Positions 10,122 to 20,663 of a DNA stretch of 64,000 nt are shown one piece after another; the stretch's first letter is position 1, and each line of letters opens with the position of its first letter. Origin of the DNA: Dicyema japonicum (taxonomy: Eukaryota > Animalia > Dicyemida). The notes below the pieces were generated by a model that was given only the letters and a program-made list of their open reading frames with translations, was not told the origin of the DNA and made no database searches. Position numbers and translations under genes: made by a program. The stretch lies in the NCBI GenBank assembly GCA_011109175.1, contig RDEW01000006.1, forward strand, positions 905,232 through 969,231. Reading direction: 5' to 3'.

Positions 10122-13100
10122 AATAATAACAGTTTTTTTTCACGGAGCTGTGGTATTAGCTCCGCATAGGCAGGACACACACTTTATTTAAGTAAAGAAC
10201 AGTTAATTTTAACTAATCGTAGAACCAAGGAATGATCTTCACTTCTATTTTCTTTTCTTGTGTGTAGGTCCTTTCTAGACAATCCAGTTCCGCAGTGAGA
10301 GTTCACTGATGACGACGTCACTCGTCAAGCCTCTTTAGCATCGTAGATGCGTGGAACCTTCCATCAGGTAAACAGCAGCGAGATTCGAACCCGTAACCTA
10401 AGTCACTTTAGCCCGACACCTAACCACTATGCCACCCGGCAGAAAAGTCCATATTTGCGTGCATTAGCATATTTGGGAATTTAAAAAAAATTTATTTAAA
10501 AAACCATTAAAGTAAAATATTATTTTATCAAAATAATCAGTTTATAAGCCCTGGACGGAATCAGTTTATAATAAAGCACGCCTTCTTTATAATGTTTGGA
10601 AATTTCTTTAAGTGATCTCAAATCCTTCTAGGTCAGGTTGTTTGTCAGTTATCATTTCCCCATGTAATTTATGCATTCGAAAACCATATCTTTTTTGAAT
10701 CTTGTAAGAAATCCTTTAGAATTTTTGAAATCACTAATTGATAACTTTTTAGCAATATTTTGTGGTTTTTTGATATTAGTGAATCATTTAAAAAGCACCT
10801 AACATAAACAAATTAAAAATACCCTTAGAATTCATCAAATCCATCCATTCTAATATCATGGTATCAAGTTCAGAAATTTTAACGTTTTCATGTCTTTGTT
10901 GAAGGAATATAATTTTTACATGTTTTTAATATGGACTCTAGGAGTGAAGAATATTATTCACGGTTTTTCGTGAAATTCGAATGTTAAATAAATCAGAAAA
11001 TCTATGAGCGATTTTTTGGCACGATGTAGTATTATTCTCGTCTTTATATTTCAAAATTTCGAGTTTTTGGGAACAATTAAGCCTTGTATAATTGCAACGA
11101 GAAGCATTCGAACACATGGTAAAAATTTAGTTTGAAATTTTTATTTTTTAATTTATTAACCCCGGATACACCGAGAAAGAAGTTAAAGTAAACAACTAAT
11201 TAAGTGTATCCAGTTTCCACTTCTACAGAAACAGAGTCCATCCGGAATCAGCATAAAGGGTAAGACGTCCATTACATGCAGTTGTGGAAACCCCTCCAGT
11301 GGAGTGGGGAAAATCAAATGATCCTTTTTCGTACCGGCCTGGGACTGGGCGTTACCTATGCAAATGGATCACATGACGCCACTCTATTAGTTAGAGAGAG
11401 GAGAACAGACAAGCAAGCAGAAAAATTAAACCAATTAACCACGCAGCACCACATGGAGCCACGCCAATTTTTTTTAATTAAAATAATTGAAAAAGATTAG
11501 TAAAAATAAATTTTATTTTTTTAAATAATGTGTGGCCAATTTTTAAGAATTGGCCAATTTCTTAGGAAAATTGGCTTTTTTGAAACCCTGAGGTGAACTT
11601 TTAGCCATAAATTGGCCAATTTAAGGGTTGACCAATTAGAGGGATTTCACTGTATATCCTTTCATCCTTCTGAAGTATCCTCCACAGTCTTCAGGAGTAA
11701 TCAAAAATATGAGATAAGATGTTTTAGCTGTAAATCATCAATAGCAGCCCCTCTTATCACAGAATTCTTCCATTTTGAGAAACATTCTCAATTGAATTAA
11801 GGAATTGTGAGGAAGATATAGTATTTTGAGGTTGTCGGATTGGATTACTTCGTTGAGTCCATTTTAATAATGAATCCTAGCATTGTCCACGACGAAGTAG
11901 GGATCCACAATTTTTTTAGTTTCACAGACACCCTTATGTTGAATAAGAAATTTTAAAAGATTTCCCCATTAACAACACCACCAACAGAATACTACGTCAT
12001 TGCGGCCATTACTGAAATATTACTACGTACTATTGGCACAATAATACGCGCAGGAATACCTCTTTCAGATCTCCCAAAGCGGACACGGTGGGAGACATTG
12101 CAACCTACTTTGTCTATAAAGACTATTTGGCTATCCCCAACTTCAAATAAAATGTCTTGGAAATTTACATTTGGACGGATTTGGCTCCACTCCAAGTGCT
12201 GTGAAAGGAAATGGCGGATTTGACTTCTGCCATTACAGCTTTTCAGTTTCCTCCAATCCAGATACTATAAATTTATTGGAATCTGATTGCTGAGGCAATA
12301 GAATCGATGCCCAAGGCGAAGAGTAGGAGGCCAAGAAAGAGTTGCCCTGTTGGGCTCCAGTCATGGATTTGGGAATGTATTGCCAGAACTATTTGAGAGG
12401 TTCACCATTTTTATTTTCGGGATCCTGGAAACATTTATCTCTATGATTCAATCTCTGCAAATGCTACTGAAACCATTGCGGATGTCCAGCTCAACAGTTA
12501 TAGTACTCTGAGTCTCTGGTGGACTGGGAATGAAATTTCGGATTCATTGAATTGCCCCTTCACATCCACGAGGAATCTGGACTTTATATTTTCTATGCTC
12601 TCTAGCAGCAATCTTTGATGTCAGCCGTCTGATTACACTTTTTATATCGATTGATCTTAATCCACCACAAGACTTTCAGAAGACTGATGATGCAAACATG
12701 AGTTTGGGGAATAATCTGAAATCTCTAAAATTCGGTCAGTAAAAGCCTTCATTGAATTGATTAGGGTGTTCCCTACATCGACAGTAATAACAGAAGTAAG
12801 TTCCTTAATATCCCTGTGATGTATGCCGTCTAAACCAGAACTGATGCTTTCAGGGCAAGTTTTTGTCTCGTTTAGATATACCAAGTGTTTTGTACGATCT
12901 GTTCAACTATCTCTCTTTTTGTGAAAAAACTTGTCGTTCCTGGAGAGTGTCCCTTTAATATCTCCGACCATGATCTTATTGTTCACTTCTGCACGTAGAT
13001 CTAGCTCGTTTTTCTTGTCCCTAGATAATGAGAGTGAATAATCGGTGATCGAAAAACTTTAAAATGTAGTCTCCAGGTTGACAATTTCGTATTTAAATGC

Positions 13101-14742
13101 AATTCCCTTGATTTGAGGTTCTCTTGATTCAATTAGGTTGGATGTGAACAAAGGACAAGAGATGCAAAACAGAGAAGGTAGATCTAGGTATCTTGAGTAT
13201 CGTTTTCGATTTCCATAGTGATTACCTTTGAAAACAAGAAGGATCCTAAGCGGATTAGCCTCACGGACACAAGTTGATTCAAGTGTCGTAGACATTCATC
13301 ACTGTCAGATAGATCCATGACAGATGCGGAAGATGACTCCTCCCCATGGTTGTAATTCCCAAGGCATAAAGGTCACGACCAATTTGGTAGAGATTGTGCA
13401 GTCTTACGCGTTAGCTTGCAGCAGTCAAGGTATCCGAAATTTAAACAACAGAAGCATTAAATACAGACTTTCTTGTTGCTCTCCACCATTTAATATATCT
13501 GTAAAGACTACTCAATAAGCCAACATTAAGAAAATAGCTCCAGGTAGGAGCTGGTCGCGATCACTTACTACAAAATTAAGCGTTTATTCGGATTTTAAAT
13601 TCGATTTACTATTTTTGATATTACTTTCATCTTACACGTGCAGCTTTAGACAGATGATTCTCCCCTATTCTTTCAATTTTCCCACGACGGAATTTGAAAC
13701 TTTGATCATCCGAAACTTTCTTCGTTTGTTCAGCGGTTTTCTGATGTTTTTGAGTCTACCGTCCATGTACCGCCAGAACTCAATGTGAAGGAAAACTGGT
13801 ATATCACATGTAGCGGCAATAAAAATATAATTTATTCTCTGATAACTAATCAAGATGTATTATGAAAATACAAAAAATATCTTCCGTTGATAGAGAGATC
13901 GGGTATACGGCTTTACAAGACTACATGAATAGAATTTATTTAACCCCAAGACACCAGGAAAGATAGGTCAAAACTAACTAATTGGGTGATCCCAGCTTCC
14001 AGCAACATCCGGACTTTCTTCAATTGGTCTTCTGATGATCCAACCGCACTAACGAAAGCGTCTTCTCTTGCTTCTACAAAGCAATTCGATAGGCGTGCAC
14101 TTTTTTATTACCGACCGAAATTCCTCTGCATGGGCCACCTTTTCCCTTGAATGGGTTTCCTAGTTCCTTGCAGAAACGTATGAAACCCTGGCCATTTTTC
14201 AACGTTGCCTCATCAGAAACGAGGTCACCAATGGGGATGTCCGTGCGGTGCATAACTCTCCGCCTGAGGGAGTTCAAACGGTCCACTCTCGAAAGGGGAA
14301 TTGTAAACCTCCAGGCGGAGCAGGCATATTCAATGGTCGGTATGATTACTTGTTGATGGACCTTGCTGATGCAGTCGGCCGGGGGGAAAGGGCTCTTCTT
14401 TATTATCGCATTCAGAATGTTTCATTTCCGAGACATGAACAGAATGGACAATCGGTTTCGTCACTGTACCCTACTGTCTTGCTGACGTTCACAAAATGAT
14501 CGTATTTCGTCTCGACCGCCTTCGATTTCCCTGCCATACAAAAATTGGACCCTCGTGAACACTGCTAGTTATTTGAGCGAATCTCGCTCGAAAATAGCCA
14601 CGCAGTCGAGGCAGCCGCTATATAACCGTTTATTTATTAATTTTTTAAAATCACAAGAGAATTTATTTTTAAAATTATAAATAACTAGGACGATAGAATA
14701 GCGAAGGCGTTAACTCTGATAATCGCTATTTCGAGCCTCTGC
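9482..14742 (+). repeat. Tandem segmental duplication: 9482-12166 copies ~1140-4380 and 12168-14742 copies ~6918-9483
   Basis: Near-identical long blocks and duplicated ORFs (3825/11612, 7409/12657, 8411/13665, 8891/14147); segment 4381-6917 is absent from the second copy. Confidence 0.95.
10122..10440 (-). mobile_element. tRNA-derived SINE family 1 (duplicated copy)
   Basis: Same sequence and TSD (one mismatch) as 2028-2354. Confidence 0.85.
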
Positions 14743-15250
14743 CTCAACCAGAGTCCTTTCCGTGGCTCACATCTTTTTGAGTTTGCTTCCAATGCTGGAG
14801 AGAAAGGCGTCCTTCTTCGCTCCCTCGATTCCAATTGTCTCCACAGCAATGGGGGTTAAATGGTATTGCTCTCCTAGAGATTGGTATTTACGGATCTTCT
14901 TGGCCTCTGCCTGTTCGGCTACGTCTACAAAAGAGAGCGTCACCGTCAGCGATCAGGACCCTGAGAAGGTGTCCACACACATTGCTTCGAAGACGAGTGA
15001 TTTTCCGTTGGAGAATGGGAATAACGTCATGCCATCCGGCCTCTTCCCTTAGTTTCTGTCTAACCACAAACGTTCCAATTGGGCCGGAAATCCCGCGACC
15101 TTGAATTCTCGAGAGAGGATGTATTTGAATACTGCATGACTCGGGGCTCGACTAGCACTTCGTCCGCAAGTGAGTGGATGTAAGCCTTTTGTATGAACGT
15201 CCCCACCGCAACGGCATTTGTTGCTCGGTGTTTCTTCCGGATTTCTACGC
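14680..15250 (-). mobile_element. CRE-like 3' part (zinc knuckle plus restriction-like endonuclease)
   Basis: [53 protein letters not shown]. Confidence 0.8.
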
Positions 15251-15640
15251 ATTTCCGAATTGGGTGGGAATTTCTAACTTTTTTGGGGTAGTAAGTTTCC
15301 GGTTTTCCTCACTAATTCCTCAAATAGTTTAGGGTTTAGAGGTGTCTGGAAAAACCTTTACAGAGCCTTACTGGCAATTTTTTGGAATGTATTGATTTTT
15401 TCCATATTCGCGTCTGATCGTTTGGTTCCTCATGCAGCACACCCATAAGTTAGAGACGGTTGAATATACTGCACGTAGAGCAAGTCCAAATTTGAGTTGA
15501 AACACCCCTTATATTGTCCAAGGAGTGTTTTAACAAAATTTAGCTTTTGTTGTGCCGAGGAGATGACCGAATTGTTCTTGGGGATTGAGTTTCCATTTAT
15601 GGTTACACATGGAGCGGAGTTTGTCAATCTTCTGTTTGTT
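15250..15640 (-). mobile_element. Jockey/I-like LINE post-RT remnant
   Basis: LYVQYIQPSLTYGCAA motif. Confidence 0.5.
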
Positions 15641-15795
15641 GTGAAAATTGTTGTACAAGAGTTTACTCTCTTTTTGTAATTGTGCTCTATTTTTTATTTT
15701 ATTAACTATCGATTTTAAATAAATAAATTTAAGTTGTTTAATAAATCTAAATTATTATTTAAAAAGAAATTGTTAATAATGAGTTAGTATGATTT

Positions 15796-15984
15796 TTAAA
15801 ATCTAAAATACAAAACTAATACCAACCTTGGTTGAATGATGGTATTGTAATATTCCACATATTTTTTAAGAAAAGTCACTATATCTCTGAGTGAATTGGA
15901 TTCACTGGGGAATTTAGGGGGTGTTATGAACGATAAAATTATTGGATTTAAGAAAATAGCCAACAAAACCACAAACTTAAACAT
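15796..15984 (-). CDS. NPF: Neuropeptide F/Y-like precursor, 54 aa; exons 15984-15827 and 15802-15796
   Basis: Signal peptide MFKFVVLLAIFLNPIILS then 36-aa FITPPKFPSESNSLRDIVTFLKKYVEYYNTIIQPRF; 24-nt GT-AG intron splits the Arg35 codon AG|A. Confidence 0.82.
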   Translation of the reverse strand: MFKFVVLLAIFLNPIILSFITPPKFPSESNSLRDIVTFLKKYVEYYNTIIQPRLVLVLYFRF

Positions 15985-16725
15985 TCGCAGAGTACTGATA
16001 ATTCTATTATATATCGAAAATACACGACACTTTGTATTGAGGTTACTAAAATTATATACAAAACATGTAATTAATATGGATTTTTTAATGAGGTATCTTA
16101 TTATTACCCTCAGTCCACTCAAGTGAAGAAATAACAAGGTTTCGTGGTCACTACCAAGAAAATATTTGGTAGTTGATTAGTAAAGGAGGTTGGATCTGTG
16201 GTAACTAATCCTGTGATCCTGACGGGTTCCAGTAGAACCTGATTCAAACACAGTGATCCAGTCATTTTCTGGGAAGCTGAGGTCGATGTCAGAACTCGTC
16301 GCCGAGGAGCGAAATAGTCTCCCGGTGGAATGAAGAGATAGATCCTTTTGAATGCCGATCTATTTTTGGTGTCTCCACTAAAAGTAAAGAATATCCCATA
16401 TTTACCATTAATGTTTCACGTGGTGCCTCACGTGCAACGTTAGTGTGTCCAATGTGGCTACTTGGGTAAAGATATCTTTTGCTTTTTTCTGTTCCTTCTA
16501 TTTTTTGTTCTCCTAGAGTGGCTTCATGTGTTCCGCCTGTCTCAGGTGGCGCCCATTGGAAAAAAATCATTTCCTCCCCCATTCCATTGGAGGGGTTCTT
16601 ATGACTACAAGGACTAGACGTTTTTTTCCCTTTCTGTTAATTCTGGGTGGACTTTTGTAACACTGGAGGATTTTCTGCTTTTATCGTGGGGACTTTCTCG
16701 GCGTATCCGGGATTAATAAATTAAA

Positions 16726-17300
16726 TTAAAGCGTTCTATCAGCACCCTCAGTTTGGGACAGTAATCCACTCTTGAGCCTACACAAACACGCACTTGGTGG
16801 TGAACTACCGGATAGAACAGACATTTTATGCATATTGGCATTAGGCCTTTCTTTTCGGAAATCCAGTGTTTCATCATCTGTATGCTCTCTCAGTGTTCTT
16901 GCAATTGGTTCAAGAGATGATAGGGCTCTAGGAAACACATGCACTTCTGGCTCGATGTACTGTTTGTATATAGAATTCAGGACACGGTGGTTTTTCATCC
17001 TCCATAATCCTGAAAGACTTTCTGAAGGTTAGACTTTTCTGAAGGTCACTTCTTCTCACACTTGATTATCACGTTAAGAAGTGAAAGAAAATCTTACGTG
17101 CATGTCTAACTTGATTAAATAAATGGGATTTCAGTGTTACCAACATTTAGCTCCACCTCTGTTTGCTTAGTTTTCTGTAGGGGGTGAATAAAGTAGTGAC
17201 TGATTTCTCAGGCTAATTGATAGGTTGTCCTCTAACCAAACACTTGGAATCTTGATGCGGTACTTAGGATTGATCCTGGGATGTGATTTGGAAAAAGTCG
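16726..17300 (-). mobile_element. Jockey/I-like LINE 3' remnant
   Basis: HRVLNSIYKQYIEP motif; 17140-17260 is homologous to 57440-57560. Confidence 0.5.
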
Positions 17301-18537
17301 TGATGCCGATCTTAAATTGCCAAAACAAACACGTCTCCTCCTATCGCTAAGAAATTTATCTAGCCGAGTTTAAATTTTCAGATTTACATATTTTCCAAGT
17401 TAGGGTTCTCTTAGGATGAGTCGAACGCTTTATGGATATCCACGGAACAGAGGACACTCTACATAAGTCTGGGTATGTTTTGGAATTCAATGCGGATGAA
17501 ATGACTTTCCCAAGGCAGCCGACCAAATCCTTACGAAATGACTCCAGAAGTTGAATGTCTCCAAGGCAATTGTTGTGATGAACTCGTACCCAGTAGAGGA
17601 TTGCATATGACTCCGCTATATAATATCCTTGTACTTCTGGAGGTATGCACTCTGAGTCGTCGTTGGACAATATCAGCTCCTTACACGTGAAGACTCTAAG
17701 TATTTTATTGAGTCATTAAAAACATTGCTGGCTGTTAGCGAAACGAACTGCGAAGCGTAAGCCTGCGTAGGGCACGCAGGCTTTAGTGCGGTGTGAGCGA
17801 AGTAAACTGCAGAGCTGGTAGTTGATATAATTCAAACTATCGATTTAATTAATACAGCGTCCTCTCAAAGGAGGAGACCGTCGTGGCTTTTAGGTGTAGC
17901 CAGACATTAAAGTTTTTTAAGATAATAAAGTGATTTCCCACCCACTTATGCCTCCAGTTACACTCTCGCATAGCGTGCTTGTCACACTCTCGACGATGCT
18001 TTTTAGAGTAAAAGGGAGTCGATTCATGTTCCAACCTATACCAATGGCTCCTCCTCTTCGATTTGGTAGGGTCGTTAAATAGTAATTGTAGTATTAACAA
18101 AATAATCTTGTGTGAATATCACGTAATTATCATATTAAGACGAAATTTGATATTTCAAGATTTTATCGTCATTAAAATGTAAACTATTCCTATTTAACTG
18201 ACAGTAAAGCTATTTAAACCACGTGTCAATAATTCCAAAACACAAACATAGAACCTGCCTGTGTGCTTCATGTAGTTGATTAAAACTTGAAAATTATGAG
18301 ACTACTATAGAGAATTATTGACCTCCTTAATTTGGGTGCAACCCACTTACATGAGTAATATCTGGAAGTGCCTTGCTTTGAAACCATAAAGACATCAGTC
18401 ATACCTTATTTGTGCCACATAAGTGAAGAATCGATTGTATACCAACAAAAAAGTATAGATGAGAAAATGAATACCAAATAGTGTACATAATAGGAAATAA
18501 AATAAATATAATTGTCACATTACAGTAAGAGCTAAAA

Positions 18538-20663
18538 TTACGTTGAAGATCGATGAGAAGGGTCAACATCCTTACAATCAATTGATGATTTATCACCTAT
18601 TAGTATAATTAATCATAAACCTGGTTCCCTTACTTGAGTAATTTCAACCTTAATGGGAATCTGCGGTATAGCAATAGGACGAATATTCCCTTGAGGAAAT
18701 CTGTTAATCACACCAAATTCTGGTGTTTGTTTAACGTGGGCTATAGGAGGTCCAGTTGGATGCATATAATATCGAGGCATCTGATCATTCGGATTTATCA
18801 TCTGACCTTGAACATATCCCCCAAGTTGGTGTTGATGTCGCATTTGAAATGCGTAGTTCCCCTGAGGAGTGGCTATCATCGGAATTGCTCCCTGGAACGG
18901 AGTGCCAGAGTACGGATTTTGAAATAGTTGGATATGCTGTCCATGTTGGAAGACATGTCCCTGGGGGATGATGTTGACTGGTCCAGAAATGGAAATATCA
19001 CTTCCATGAGGTTTTTGATTAGCAGGTAAGATTGGACGAAATTGGTCATAATTCTCGGCAATAAAGACAGCAGGCGGCATCTGAGTCTGCTGTTGGGACG
19101 AAACCACATTGGTGTCGTAGAGATGTCCCATAAACTGTTGTGACTGACTCAAAATTGGAGACTGTTGGATAGGTTGGGGATCAACGATTGGGGAAGAACA
19201 AAACCCAGTATCCTTCCTCGACTAAATATAATAAATCAATCAAATAATTAGCAAAACCGCAATAATCGAACTACGCTAATTATCGATTAGTAGTCAAGGA
19301 TATCGCATTCTACTAAACGCAACGTCAACAAAGAATTAAACAACCTTTTCTCTCAAAAAGAGACATTTCCTATGAATGCACGTCTGCTTTAGAACTTTTC
19401 TGTTTAAACAGTTCTTGCATTTCATACAATTCTCTTTAATCTGACATGGCATGCATTGACCGCAGCGTTTACGACGGTGCACTTTCGGAGTACTAAAGTC
19501 ACCTCCGAATTGTCCTGATGACAACGAGGGAACGACGACAGGGGAACTGTTCGGAAATTGAGTATGATTCTCCATAACTTTCGCACTTTGATTGAAAACA
19601 TCTTCAGAACTCAATGGGCCGTTCCGTGGAGGGAAAGTGGTTCCTGCGTTGGTGGGAAGTCTGGCGAAAACAATATTATGTCTTGGAATCTCAGAATTGT
19701 AAGACTTTTGTAAGGTCGATGGGTTCATTATCATTATGGGTCCCTGAATTGGGTTACCGGGGATCTGGTATGTTGGGTGAGGTTGCACAGCAGGGAGAGG
19801 GATCGCAGGACTTACGCCTGCTCCATTAGTGATCAAAAGAGGATCCGAACACTGAGTAGTGGTGGAAGGATTGATTTTGAAGGAAACTCTGCTGCCTTGG
19901 AAACTAAGTTCACTCTGCTTGTTGAGGAGACTTGAAGATTTAAGGACTTCCGAAGATTCCGGAAATGACTTTGCGTTGTAGTTACGGCTATAAGAACCAG
20001 ATGACGTGGAATCTGAACGTTTCACCATCTTTGGAATGAGTGGGCGGTGGGAAACAATTATCTTCTCAGGGACATTCACCTCTTCCTCGATTTCGGCATA
20101 TTTACAGGAATCTTCCAAAAGGGAATTCACTGCTTGTTCTATTTCGTCCGAGGATGAAATATGAGGTTCTTCTGGTTCTTCAATTTTCACGTCCTCTGGT
20201 TGTTCCGGTAGAGAGACGATAGGTACGGTCTTCAGTAGCTTTTCTGGGCTCTCTGGACTCTTTTTTCTGACACAATTCTTATTTTCGGACCTTTTTCTCC
20301 TGCTAGAACCATCTGTCGCAGAATTTGAAGAGGCAGGCTAAATGATAAAGCGATAATTTAGATAATTTAAATCATTTTGAGCACAAAATAGCATAAAATA
20401 TCGCAAAAGAAAACCTTGTGGTGAAGAAAGTGGCAACGCCTAAGAATGCAAGTTTGTTTGAGGATTTTTCTGTTTATGCAATTCTTACATGTGTTGCAAT
20501 TCTCCTTGATTTTGCATGCATCACAGTTTCCACATCTTTTACGGCGATTAACTTTGGTAAAATCAGCAGGCGCCTGTGGGATGATGGCTTGATTGATTGG
20601 GAGTCCTGGAAATTGGCCTTCCATCTCCCGTTTAAATTTGCCAGTGCTTTCAGGACTTGACAT
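18538..20663 (-). CDS. Protein with two TET/IDAX-type zf-CXXC fingers and a Q/P-rich C-terminus; exons 20663-20415, 20337-19345, 19221-18621, 18596-18538
   Basis: RRKRCGNCDACKIKENCNTCKNCINRKILKQTCILRRC and RRKRCGQCMPCQIKENCMKCKNCLNRKVLKQTCIHRKC; in-frame splicing via GT-AG introns of 77, 123 and 24 nt; start codon not certain. Confidence 0.85.

Noticed and set aside
9782-10180. 132-aa ORF starting MCPAYAEL
   Set aside because: Starts inside the SINE tail and reads into CRE sequence; not a real start
17350-18500. TET catalytic domain downstream of the CXXC gene
   Set aside because: No Cys-rich or DSBH motifs recognised, and the CXXC gene reaches a stop at 18538 after a 24-nt intron
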